Source: Phyllosticta citribraziliensis (lineage: Eukaryota). Taken from it: DNA of 64,000 nucleotides. The DNA is taken from the NCBI RefSeq assembly GCF_038025025.1, contig NW_027117342.1, forward strand, positions 1,116,001 through 1,180,000, written 5' to 3'. Below the pieces are notes generated by a model. It was not told where the DNA came from, did not search any database, and was given only the letters and a program-made list of their open reading frames with translations. Positions 1 through 12,403 of this stretch are shown here, one piece after another (positions within the stretch are counted from its first letter, which is position 1; every line of letters begins with the position of its first letter). The translations under genes were made by a program, and so were the position numbers.

Positions 1-1
1 C

Positions 2-73
2 ATCGTCGTCGAAAACCAAGACACGGTGCCCCGCTTCGACCAGGACTCCGAGGACGAAGGCGACGAGGAATGA
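2..73 (+). CDS. 3' end of an upstream gene (partial, acidic C-terminus IVVENQDTVPRFDQDSEDEGDEE*)
   Basis: Open frame with GC3-rich codons ending in TGA at 71-73, followed by T-rich UTR-like sequence. Confidence 0.55.
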   Translation: MVVENQDTVPRFDQDSEDEGDEE

Positions 74-326
74 GTGGGTTCCTTTCCTCCTTTCCATTTC
101 ATTTCGACGGTCGAAGATGCGAAAATGCTTGGTGTCTGCCCAATTGATGGATCTGGTTGGACACATTACCCCATTGGGTACTTTCCCTGTCTTTTGGTTT
201 CCCCCCCTTGACGACTTGCCTGCACAAAAGCTTTAACACTTTTCTTCTTTTCTTTTTTGGTTTGGGGGGACTTATTCTGGTCGATTTTTGCTTGCTTCTG
301 GTTCCCACAAAAATTTGGCACAGGCC

Positions 327-356
327 GGGAGGGAGGGAGGGAGGGAGGGAGGGAGG
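327..356 (+). repeat. (GGGA)7 microsatellite, G-quadruplex-capable
   Basis: Seven perfect GGGA units at 327-354. Confidence 0.95.
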
Positions 357-674
357 TGCTTGCTTTTGCTTCATTTGCTCAGCTCTACTCAGGTGGACGG
401 ATCTATTTGCGACGGATATCAATCACGGCAGGCACGAGAGGAAGTCTACGGTTCTCCGGGAGCCAGAGGAGGTCTCTGGTCACTCCCCACTCATGGGGTA
501 GTCAAAAAGGGGGTGGGCTCAGGGGACTGAAAGCCTTTACTAGTGGATAGCTCTTGCTCAGGTTGCTTCAAACAAAAAATGATGATTTGCTTACAATGGA
601 TGGCTCAGGACGTAATCTTGAGACGAGGGCAAAGAGTGTGTTGCGCCGGGCCTGAACGTGTAGAGAGAGACCGT

Positions 675-1490
675 AAGCGACGTCGTCGCTGCGTCCGATC
701 TTGTCCGTCTTGTAAGGGACGGCGCTGCTAACCACCTGAGTTACCCTTTTTGGCCATTGCGTTCAACGATCGTTTGAATGCTTCCAGTCGGACCTTCCGG
801 CTGCAGCGGCATCGTCGCTGCGCCCGATCTTGTCCGCTTGGAAAGCCGTTACCCTTTTTGGACATGACGTTTGACATTGAACGTCTATTGAAGAACGAAC
901 GGTCGAATGCTCCCAGGCCGGATGCTCCGTCCAAGCGCTGGCTGTGTGGACGCCAACCGCCACTACCTGAGTTACCCTTTTCGGACGTGACATTAAACAT
1001 CGAACGTCTATAAAAAGACGAATGCTCGAACGCTCCCAGCTGGAACCCGCCCTGCCCATTACCATCCGAGTTACCCTTTTTGGAAGTGACATCAACTTCG
1101 AACGTCTATTGAATGGCAAACGCTCGAACGCTTCCAGCTGGTACGCGCAGCCCTGCTAGGCAACCACCACCCAAGCTACCCTTTTTGGACGTGATATTTC
1201 ACACCAAAAGTCTACTCAAAAACAAACGGTCGAACGCTTCCAGCCGGAACCCGCACCGCAGCCTTGCCCACTACATGTACGGACCTACGTACCACCCGAG
1301 TTACCCTTTTTGGCCAGGGAATTCATTTAACATCGAACGACTGTTGAATAACGACCGCTCGAATGCTCCCAGCCGGAACCCGCACCGCAGCCTTGCCCGC
1401 GACCACCAACCAAGTTACCCTTTTTGGCCATGCCATTTAACATTGAACGTTTATTCCAAACCGAACGCTCGAATGCTCCAATGCCGGACG
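675..1490. repeat. Degenerate tandem array: 7 units of 99-125 bp, each a ~70-bp conserved core plus a variable linker
   Basis: Anchor (t/c)TACCCTTTT at 741, 849, 972, 1071, 1176, 1301, 1415, each followed by TGGAC/TGGCC..ACAT(C/T)GAACGTCTA..CG(C/G)TCGAA(C/T)GCT(C/T)CCAGC (unit 1 has a shortened core). Confidence 0.92.
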
Positions 1491-2954
1491 CACCAGCAGC
1501 TGGCTGCGTGAGCCGAATGCCTAATACGCCCCGCTCTCTCTCGAACGACCTTGCCGTCATTTCAGACCAGCACAACCACAGTCGCGGCCCACATCTCCTG
1601 GCTTACCAGGCTCATGTCAACCTCCACATTTACTCTCACCACCTCAACATCAACATCGCTGCTCACACTTTGCCGCCGCGCCAACCACCAGAACGCCCGC
1701 CCAAGAACGCACCAACGTTGACCGTAATTAGAGTACCGCTGCCGCAAAACGTAGCGCCTGCAGCACGAAGGCGACTATGCAAGGACATGGTTGACAAGCA
1801 CCATTATGTTTACGGAGCTGGCGAGCTTAAGAACATGAGAATTGAGCAATCAACGTGGCTCTCTCCTACCGCTTGACAAATCTCCTTTTGGACTGAAATC
1901 TCAGCGTGACAGTTTCATTTTTATTGTCAAGACGTTTCCTCATGCTGGATCCTGCGGAGATTCTGGTGTTTTTGCGAGGTGGTCCTTGCTTTTGGCATTC
2001 GGTGACGCAGAGCGAAGATGTTGTTGATTTGGGCCTCCCAGATGCAGATAATTGTACAGGAGAACTCTGAACCTCTACAAAGTCAGCCAAGTCAATTGCA
2101 ACGGTGCTATCGTCTAGTTCTCCCAAGACGATGCAGAAAATGCACAGCCCAATGGCATGCTTGCTTTTGTCAGCCTATCACCGCGCCTAGATAAGCCTTA
2201 TCCAAACAAAACGGGTTCTGCAGGAAAGACTGCCTAGTGCTCTTGAGGTTGTGTCTGCTGGCGTATGAGAGGTCAAGCCAGCTGCCAAACCCACAGGGCT
2301 GGGCAGATAGGCTTCATGTCTGGCATGTTGTGCCGCCCTGCGCTGGCGGGCCATCTCATAGGCTCGATGGACGGCCGAGGAGGGCTTTCAAAAATACCGC
2401 ATCCCGAAGAAGCAGAGCTGAAAGTCGAAAAGAGCGAGTGGTAGCTACGGGGTCTGAGGGAGAGCCCGTGGTGTTGAGAATTCCAGTGGCCGGTGGGGTG
2501 ACGTGTGAGAGCCAGGCACGTCCTGAGATGGCGCACGACGCACAAGACGATCTCGTGGGATCCGCAGAATTAAGGTACGGCCAGGCGCGCGGCAGGTCCA
2601 AGTTGCCGAAGCGGCCGGTAGTGTGCGGGTGCGGAGGAGCAGCAGGGAAAAGCAGTCTGGGGTTGTGGTGTTTGCTGATAAGGCGTGGGAGGAGCGAATG
2701 ACTGCACACGGCCACAATGATGTACGGCTAGGGACTCTGCTGACAAAATCTCAACCCTCATCCTTCGATACCACGCCATGCTCGACCAGCTGTTGTCACC
2801 ACATTCGACACATGAGCGGACAGCCTGCGTCTCTGCGTCTCGCACTGCTCCCCACCTCCGCTGTTCGCGCCCACGTCCCGCAATCCCCGTCCCGCTGGTA
2901 GTACCCACCTTCTCCCGCCGACCTGTGTGAAGAGATCTCACGCAATGCGAGTCA

Positions 2955-5900
2955 ATGGACTCGGACTCGAGGATGCTCTCTCGCGAGATCACAACCCAGT
3001 CGCGCGGCCCGACCACCGATGAGTCGCAGCTCGCCGTCGCCGCAAAAGCCGCAAAGGTGCGGCCCAGGAACAAGCGCAAAGATGCCATGGACGACCAGGC
3101 CAAGCGCCGCTGCGTGAGCACCGCCTGCATAGCGTGCCGACGCCGCAAATCAAAGGCGAGCTATTACGTCCATGTTTCCAGGAGATCGTCGCTGACTCTG
3201 GCGCTTGCAGTGCGATGGCAACACTCCCGCCTGCGCCGCTTGCGCTTCCGTTTACAACACCGAGTGCGTTTACGACCCAGGCTCCGATCATCGACGCAAG
3301 GGCGTCTACAAAAACGACATTGACCAGCTGCGCACCAAGAACTCGACCCTGGAAACCCTGATACAAGCCATCCTAAACTACCCCGAAGATGAGGTTCCCG
3401 GTTTGGTTCGGCAGATACGGACCTGCGAGAGTCTGGACATGGTCGCAGAACAAATACTCATAAAGGAACAAGGCCTGCCCGATGTGGACGAGGAAATATC
3501 ACCATTCAGCGACTCGCCGCCAGGAGCTCAGCCAACGTTTGAAACGCAGTTGTCCGGGAAAATGGGGCATTTGAGGCTGGAAGACGGGTCACAAAGATAT
3601 ATTGGTGGAACGTCGAACCTGATATACCTGAATCAAGGCGCTGAGGACAGCGACAACGAGCTATCTGCATCGATGCTCGACCAATACGCGCAGCAAGAGG
3701 ACCCCATCACCTCGTGGACCCGCGTCACCACAGATCGAGAACTTGTGATGCACCTTATCAACATGTACTTTGTCTGGCACTATTCGTTTTTCACGACATT
3801 GCCAAAGAGTCTCTTCTATCGAGACTTCCTACTTGGAAACCCGCCGGGGGAAAATGGGCGCAAATACTGCACTCCGCTTCTTGTAAATGCAATGCTGGCC
3901 CTCGGGTGCCATTTTACCTCGCTACCGGGCGCTCGCGCAAATCGAGAAGACTCAGCGACGGCAGGAGATCACTTTTTCAAGGAGGCCAAGCGGATCATCA
4001 TGGAAAATGACGAGCACGAAAAACCCAGAATGACGACCGTTCAGGCGCTTGCGCTCATGTCGGTCCGCGAGGCCGGCTGTGGCCGAGAGGCCAAGGGATG
4101 GGTTTACAGTGGCATGAGTTTTCGAATGGCTTGTGACCTTGGTCTAAACCTAGATTCGGGAGGGCTCTCTGGTCAGCGCTCGCTGGACGATGACGAGGAA
4201 GATGCCCGCCGAGTCACGTTTTGGGGCTGCTTCCTCTTTGACAAGTAAGTTGGCTACCGACAAAACTTTGAGTTTTTCAGTCATTAGGCGTTCAACCTTT
4301 GCTGACTAGCACACAGGTGTTGGTCAAATTACTTGGGACGATTGCCTCAGCTGCCAACAAGTCTCATTACCGTTCCCAAGTTTGAAGTTTTCCCAAACGA
4401 AGACTCGGAGATCTGGTGTGCCTACACTGATTCCGGGTTCAGCCAAGCAAATGCGCAGCCAGCTCGCACCAGGGCTGTTGCGCGCCAGATATCCTCTCTG
4501 TGTGAGATTAGCAACGATTTGATGAACGCCTTCTACAACCCCAGTGACATGGACAAGGCAAAAGGCAAGCAAGCAGAGCTCAAGAAACTGAGCGAACTCC
4601 ACCAAAGGCTCGAGGCTTGGCGTCGCGATCTCCCAAGAGAGCTTGAGCCCAAAGAAGGCGGGCTGCCATCAATGCTCGTCATGCAGTAAGTCATCAACTG
4701 CTTTTCAATGGTCTTTGCTAAGCAGATCGCAGCATGTTCTTTCAACTTCTATACATACACCTTTTCCGTCCTTTCCTCAAATACAATCAGCAAAGCTCGC
4801 CTTTGCCTCCTAATGTTTCGCCCCGCAAACTATGTACGCAAGCGGCTCAATCGGTCTCGAAGCTCTTGCGGCTGTACAAGCGCTCCCACGGTCTGCGTCA
4901 AATCTGCAACGTGGCCGTGTACATTACTCACTCGGCCTGCACCATCCACCTTCTCAATCTCCCTGAAAAGAATGCTCGGAGAGATATCATTCATGGCCTC
5001 AAACATCTCGAAGAAATCGCCGAAGGCTGGCTCTGCGCCCGGCGGACCCTAAGCATCCTCTCGATTCTAGCCCGCAAATGGAACGTGGAGTTACCTGAAG
5101 AGGCTTCCGCCGTCCTTGCCCGCACAGATTCCAAGTTTGGATCATATTCGGAGAACATCTCGAGGAAGAGTCTCAGCCCACCAACTCAGCCAGCGAAACC
5201 CAGACCTGTGGCTGTGCCTAAAAATCTGGCAACTTACGGCTACATGGATCCTACTGGATTTCCATCCACGAGTCCAAACGGCATCTTTGGTAGCTCTACC
5301 GTCAACGCAGCCTTTGAATCCCTTACACAAGAGACGGACCGCAGCCACACGGTCCCGCCTCAAACAGCACCCGACATGCAGTATTCACGACCTGGAGCGG
5401 TCCAGCATGCGCAGATTCACACGCCACAGCAGAACCCCGCGACGCCCGCGTCTACGACCACAAACGCCTCACATCAGCAGCAGCAACGGCAAGCAGGCGG
5501 CTCACCTTGCGATCTTTTCGGCGGCGTCGACGCCCTGCTGCGCGAAAGCCAGGACAGCTGGTGGCTCCGCGATCAGAGCGCCCTGGCTCTCGGCTTCGAC
5601 AACTGGGGCGTTGGCCGGGCTGGCTCGGGCGGCGGCGAGGACGCATACCTCGGAGCGTCTGGCAGCGGCGCCAGCGGGAATCTCAACGCGACGAGCCCTA
5701 CCACGACGGCGGGGCCTTTTGGCGCCAGCTTGAATGGATTGCCGGCGAGCACGAGGACAACAGGACCGCAAGTGGGTGCCGATGGTAGCGTGAACACCTC
5801 GGCCGCGACGGCGGCGGGTTCGTCAGGGATACCAGACTTTGGCGGACTGCGGTTTGGAGCGTTGGCAAATCTGTATAACGAGGAGGAGTGGTATCAATGA
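2955..5900 (+). CDS. nirA: Nitrate assimilation Zn(II)2Cys6 transcription factor NirA/NIT-4
   Basis: KRRCVSTACIACRRRKSK|CDGNTPACAACASVYNTECVYDPGSDHRRKGVYK matches the NirA DNA-binding domain; fungal TF middle-homology region follows. Introns 3156-3210 (GC-AG), 4245-4316, 4686-4732. Confidence 0.92.
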
Positions 5901-8128
5901 GGAGTTTTGTCGTCGGTCGATGGTCTTGGGTCTTGCCTCCGTTCCTGAATTGTTTGTCTCTTTGTCTCGAGGCCGATTTACCTTTCTCCGTGTTCATATC
6001 CATCTTTTCTTCTCTGCCTTTCATGAACCAACGGGCCCAAGCCCTTCTGTGTCGAGGTCAGCCCCTGCTACCATTTTTGAAGCGACTCAGGAGAAAGGAA
6101 GGAGGCAAGCCGAAAACGAAACACGCAATGATGATGAAAGTTTCAACAAAACACATTGAGCACATGGCGGGCGGACGGACGGACGGCCAAAGTGCGAAAC
6201 TGGGCCACTAGTCTGCTTAGTTGTTGGCTGGCTTCGGGAGAGCAAAAAGAGTCACTGGCTATTTGGCTGGGTCGGCGTTCCTTGCGGTCGGGGGAAGCAG
6301 CTCTGTTTGATTTGCTTCATACATACCTAAAGACGAAATTAGATACCGTTGTTTGGCATGACTGAATTGGGACGCGCTCCGCCTGCTGTCGTTGACAGTT
6401 CAGCCTCTTGAGGAGCCTTCAAACCGCCTTGAGTATGGGGGTGGAGATATCCAAACGGTTCGTGCGCAGAGGGCCAACGTGCATGCCTTGCAAAGCACAA
6501 AGATGGCAAACGTGCAGAGTGTCTGCGGCAGAGTTGCGAGGAGCCGCGACTTTGGCCAACCTGGAGTTTTTTGAAGTATATATCTTTAAAACTTTGGTCC
6601 AAAAATCATGGACTAAGGAAAGGGTCGGATAGCGAAGTTGGCTACGTCTACATACCGGGTTTGACTACTTGGCCTCTGTGCAAGATGAACTAACTTACGC
6701 TCCTCAGTTCGAATCCCCCCTTGGTCCTAATTCATTTTGCTTTTTTGTCGGTTCGTGTCGGGTGACTGCGCAAGTGTTGGCAAGGTGACTGCCCGCTTGA
6801 CTTCATCGACGTTCAGTGTCAATTTTCTGGCGCTCCACGCCGGTCATCGTCAAGTCAATATTCTTCATTTTGAACGTTTGAAGAGTGCTTGGACTCGACA
6901 TATCGTCAGACAACAGAGGGTCTCGAGAAGCACAGGAGCCTCAAATGTTGAAGTTTGCATTTTGAGTGACTACTCCTCTTGCAGACATGCCTCCCACGCT
7001 CCCATCCTCACTGATCGCCCACGCTTACACAACTCTCAGACTCAAAACTCACATCCTCTTGCTCTCTCTCAGAGTTCTCAGCCGCACGTCATGGTCTAGA
7101 TTTCGATGCATCCACCGCATCCAAATTGCTGCACGACTGCTTCACAGGGTCTAGCGTCGCCGCGACCGTCGGGCGATGAAACCATAGCCACCAAGACGTG
7201 GGAGAGAGCGTTTGGATAAGCAGCGTACATCTTTTCTCGATGTGTTCATAATGGCATTGGCTGATGAATCGGCGCCGGTCTGTCAAAGGTCGGACTTCCT
7301 TGTTTTTGGAAGTGGATTTGTTCTTTGAGGTCCAGGCTGGATCTCTCAGAGCGGGAAAGCGATCTTCTTGCTTGGAAAGTCTGGTTGACCTTCAAGGCAA
7401 CTCCATGAAGTCTTTTTCCAGGTCGATCGCGACCGGTCATCCATCGACATGGCAGTTTAGCAGACGGACCAGCAGGGTCGGATCTTTGAAGAAGTCGAAC
7501 GGCTTTCGTGGTCGGCATGTTGGGTGGCGAGCAGATCTCACGTCTTCGAAAAGAAAAGAGCTGTGCATCTTCTCTCTACACAGTGCTCCTCAGACATACA
7601 ATCCGCTCTATCAGGCAGAGCAAAGCTGAAAAATTCCTAGACACATGACGCGTAGAAACCGGTGGCGATTCGGTATCCTTCAGTCCTTTACCGTGGTCAA
7701 AGGGACGGCAGGGGACCGGCGGACTGTTTCACGATAGGTCTGGGAGCAGGTTTGTTGCGTTTGAGGCGAGACATGGATGCATGCTTCTGTCTGGGGCGCC
7801 GGGCTAGTGACGTCATAGCAGCCCTTGCGACGGGAGCGACACCTTTTCGGACCCTGGATGTTCAAGATACATGGTGTTGTGGCTGGACAAGCGAGGAACT
7901 CACGATTCTCCACTTCAATGGGAGAGGCGCGCAACGCGTTGAAAAGGCGATTTTTACTGAGAACGTGAGCCTTGAAAGTAGAGACAGTTGATAGAAGACA
8001 TGAGAACAACCGTAGCATCATTATTTTCCACAACGAAAACATCAAATCTACCCTTCCTTGCGAGTAAACTATCGTAAATCATAACCCTGTCCTTCATCCT
8101 CTCCCAAAAGCTAACCATTCTCTCCTAC

Positions 8129-8782
8129 TCACGTGAACAATTCCTTTCCCACCCTCCTCTCCACCTCCTCAAGCAGCGCAGCAAGCGCTTCTCTCCTTCC
8201 CTTCCCCGGGTCGTCCTTGGAAACAATCACACCTGGCCCCTTGAGCACGAGCTTATAGCGGCTCGCCTTGGACTCTTCGTTCTTGGGCGCAGCGACGACC
8301 GCGTGGCACAAGCCCGACGGAGCGACTGCGGTCGATACGCGCAAACGTTGCGTGGCGGGGAAGATGATGGACGCGGATTCTGTGGCGCCGTCAGCGACTG
8401 CAACTTTCTAGGGACGATTAGGAAGAAAGGGACAGGCGTGAGCAGATCTTCAAAGAAGTCCCCATGGAGCACAAGGACTGAGATGGCTCTCGGCTTTGTG
8501 ATTGAACAAGACAATTGGTCTGAGCTAGTTGGAGACGTTACCTTGGATACGCTCGACCAGATCGGTCATTGTCGTCACGTCCAAATACTTTGGCAGATGA
8601 ATCTTATTTTCAACCTTGGGGGCCGGTAAAGGCGCAGGTGCAGCAGCGGGTTCCGGCGGCGGAATGTACTTGGGCGTGTAGCCATTGGACGCCGGCTTAT
8701 AGGCGCCATTCGTGTGGTGATCAGCAGCAGAACCGTTGGCGGTGGACGGTCTGGCGGGCATCTTCGATTTGTTGCCGTTCAT
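8129..8782 (-). CDS. Hypothetical protein (~163 aa, Pro/Ala-rich N-terminus)
   Basis: Exons 8782-8542 and 8379-8129 join in frame through a GTAACG..GCTGAC..CAG intron (8380-8541). Confidence 0.65.
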
Positions 8783-9501
8783 TTTTGATTTGAAAGGAAC
8801 AGGAAAGTTCTTGAATTAGGAGGATGTTGTAGAACAGAGGTGGTTGCACAACAAGAGGTAGCTTGTGCCGGCAGCTACAGCTTATATTTAGTTGTATGCT
8901 ACTTGCAAGGCGGTTGGCCTTGTCAGCGTCATATTCTGGAGCTGTTGCCGCAGCTTCTTGGAGGGATGGTGCGGGCTGCCGGTGTGGGCTGGAGGGGTGG
9001 CACGCTGTGACGTCGGTTTGGCCAGGGTGACAAGGATGGGGAGCTGGGTTGTTTGCCTTATGCAGCCAGCCAATTGAGAAACTTGACGGATCTCGCGCGC
9101 TGACGCCAAATGCAAAACGACGGTGTGTAATCAGGCTGGATCGGGGAATCCGAACGCGCTGTCTGTTCGCCCCGACATTGTGTAGAAACTGGATAGGGAG
9201 GCGAATTTCCGGTTCAAGTAGACACCTTCCATCTGCATTGGTCATGATCAAGACTGGTTCGAAAACTCACATTAAACAGTCCGCAGGGTCCAACGCGCAT
9301 AGTCTGACTGCTTGTTCGTCGCCTCCCTTCACTACCAGTCCAATGCTACGACGAAGCTTATTAACAAGTGGTCCAAATGACATGGCTCTGTTTACCGTCA
9401 AGGTGATTTGAAGCCTCCCGAAACGCCGTTGCTGCTTCTCCCGCTATGCAAACCCGCCTGTTGCCCAAAATCCCAAAGGCCTTGCTTGAACTTCCATGCT
9501 A

Positions 9502-11928
9502 TTACGACTTGTACTTCTTTGATGAGAAGAAGTGGTGTTTTTTCTTCTCCTTCTCCGGCTTTCCACTCGGTGCTTGACTCACAGCAGGACTCGGCGCTCT
9601 TCCATTGAGGTTCATATTTTGCATTTGAGCTGCTGGCGGTGTTGGCGGAAGCGGTGCCATGGCCTGCAATTCTCCCAATTTCTTGTGGGGTGGTGGGGTT
9701 GGTGCTGGGGGCGTGGGCTCCTTCTCAAACAAGTGCTCTGGGGCCTTTGGCTTTGGCAAGTCTGCCGGGATTCCCAGTCGTCGCCTGTCCGCACTGAGGT
9801 CACTGGCTTGACGCATGAAGAGTCCAGGAGAGAGCATGTGCGAAGTTGCCAGGAATACTTCGCGGGAAGTTGTCTGGCTGATTTCATAACACGCGCGCGA
9901 CTCTGAATACGTTGCGCCGCCGGCCATGAAGACGATGACGCGCTGGCGCGGCTCGACGTTGTTGAGCCGGGATTTGGCCCAGGTTGGTTTGGCCGAACGG
10001 AGAGAGGACGCGGCCATGCTCTCTTGCGAAGCGGCGAAATCTGCTGCGGCACCGGTTTGCGGTTTGGTGAAGGGGAAAACATTCTCGTCGAGCACACCAC
10101 GGATGTGGTCCTCAAGCATGCGTTTGAGACTCGTCTCAAACCGGGACAGCGCATACTCTTCATCGACGGCACCATTTCGTTGCTTGGACGGGAAGAGCGG
10201 CGGAGGCGGCGGCTCTTTGTCCTTCAAGGGTTTCGCCACGCGAGCCCCCAGGAATCCCAGGTTCTGAAGGACCGCGGTGTCTTGAGGGGGCAATTGTGCA
10301 TGCGCGAGTAGCATCTGAAGATCCGAAGGCAACAAGCCGTTTTTGTAGAGCAGATATAGGGCAATCAGTCGGAGACGATCAGAGTGTTTGATGGTGTCCT
10401 CGTCGAGAAGGCGCACCAACTGGTCCGCCAAGTTCTTCGGTTTCTTAAAATCTTCGTCCAGACCGGTGGCCAAAGACTGCGACAGGTTAGCGCAAATATT
10501 ACTTGGCTCATGATCCACTTGCCTGCTCAACTGATGATACATCGGGCAGCTTGTTCCTTTGGAACAGATTCATACACTCTTGCGCCATGCTAAGGTGCAA
10601 CGAGTAAGCGCCCTTCATCTCTTGAAACTGAGGTAGGCCAGCAAGCATGTCTTTGATCGCGTTCAGATTGTTGGCGTTGTTGCTGTCTGCCTTGGTGAAG
10701 TGAGGATTTTCGTCAATGAACTTTTGAAAATCGCTCATCAACTTCTCAATCGTATCCTTCATATGTCGGTGGCGGTTTTCGACCCAAATCTTGTCCTTTT
10801 CCCCAATTTCCATTTCCTTCTCTTCTTCGTCTGCCTGGCCTTCGTTGAGGACTGTTTTGTATGTGACTTTGTCGCCATCTTTGACGGGGAGGAGATCGTG
10901 AACCATGGACTGATAGGAGAACTCGTGGATCAACGGCGCATACAAGTCCATAGATCTGTCCACAATGTAGAGAATTCCGGTGGGTCGATTCGAAGGAGGC
11001 GGGAAGTTTTGATGATATTTTGCGTACTTGTCAATTTCTTCTTGAACGAATCGGGCCAGATGCGCGCAGAGGACGCTTGCTTCGTGAAGCGGATTTCTCG
11101 GCTTGTAGTAGCGGATCGTGGGGTATTCTCCGAGCGATACGCATATGGATACAATCTCAACACAAGTCAGCTCCACCTTCAAAATCCATATAATCGTTTC
11201 CCATACCTTCTGAGCCAGCTCCTCCATGTGTCGTCTGATCAAATTGTTGCATTGCGGATGGTAAAGGACTGGAAAGCTCCACGGGTCTCGGAACGTGACT
11301 AGATGCGACTCTCGTGGAAAGTACTCGGCGCTGAGGATCTTGAACAGTACAATCTGTTCCCGTGCCATTGCTGATCTGTCAATCCGCTCTCGCAAAGGTC
11401 CCGGGAGCACTGCTGGGGCGTTAGCGCGTTTTGGGCTTGGAGGATGCATGCATGAGGGAAGATGACGAACGCGATGTCCAGACTAGATAGGTCTTTCTGT
11501 AGCGTCGGCGCTCAAAATCTGCCATGAGACAGTCCACAATGTGTGGCTGTGGAGAGAGTATGTATATGACGTCCATATCTTGATTCATGGGCCGGCGGTC
11601 CATGATCTGCTCGATATCTGGCGGCAAGTCAGGCGCGGAAGCCAGTGGTCAAACCAGGAAGATTGCGTACTCGTAATGTTCTCGTTCAAAATATCATCCT
11701 CGTTGACGACATTGTCAATGAGCTTGCGACTAGCCTCATCGACGACCAAGACTTTCCACTGGGCGTGTTGTTAGACGGGGTAGAATGCAACGGTTCGAAG
11801 GCGCACCTCTTTGCGGGCAGTGTTGCGAATCGTATCGAGTATGACTGGACATGTCAGCGGGATCCGCCAACAGCAAGTCGGGTGCGAAGCATACTGTCGC
11901 GCTGTATGTCAATCATGGAGGACGCCAT
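9502..11928 (-). CDS. sec1: Sec1/Munc18 (SM) family exocytosis protein Sec1
   Basis: WKVLVVDE, IVDRSMDLYAPLIHEFSYQSMVHDLL, YALSRF, RVIVFMAGGATYSESRACYE. Introns 11845-11894, 11759-11806, 11618-11670, ~11411-11470, 11156-11206, 10477-10522 (GC-AG). Confidence 0.93.
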
Positions 11929-12403
11929 GTTGAGCGAGGGCGCGAGGCAGCCGTGTTGCGGGTCAGAAGCGTCGGGGATGGCGGGGCGCGGGGCGCTACG
12001 TCAAAGCGAAGCGCAGGAAGCCAGAGTCGCAATGGGCCGGCGGATGGGGTGAGCAAGAGGAGGTGAAAAAGAAGGCAGGGCGACGAGCGACGCGTTCAGG
12101 GAGCTTCCAGACGGGGACGGAGACGGGGGTGCGGATGTGGAGTTGATGTGGATGCTCAGGCACCGAGTACGGTAGCTGTGCTAGGACCGCAGTCTGCTAC
12201 TCGCCTTACCTAAGGAGCGGAAGGGAAGGGTGATGACGGCGACGGCGACGGCGCCACCTAGGCATCGGCGTTGCGCGCCACTTTTTGCCGACACAATTTC
12301 AATGACCATCTTCATGCTGGACAATTGACCGCCGTCCGCGCTGCCATTATTCGTCTCGACGCCTCTTCTCGCCCTCTAAGCCCACCAATTCTCCTGCTGG
12401 CCC

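Noticed and set aside
675..1490. CRISPR array call
   Set aside because: Eukaryotic context, no cas genes, long degenerate repeats and mutually similar linkers; kept only as a repeat array
728..1876. Short ORFs across the repeat array as genes
   Set aside because: Frames shift between units; no coherent start, splice pattern or recognisable domain
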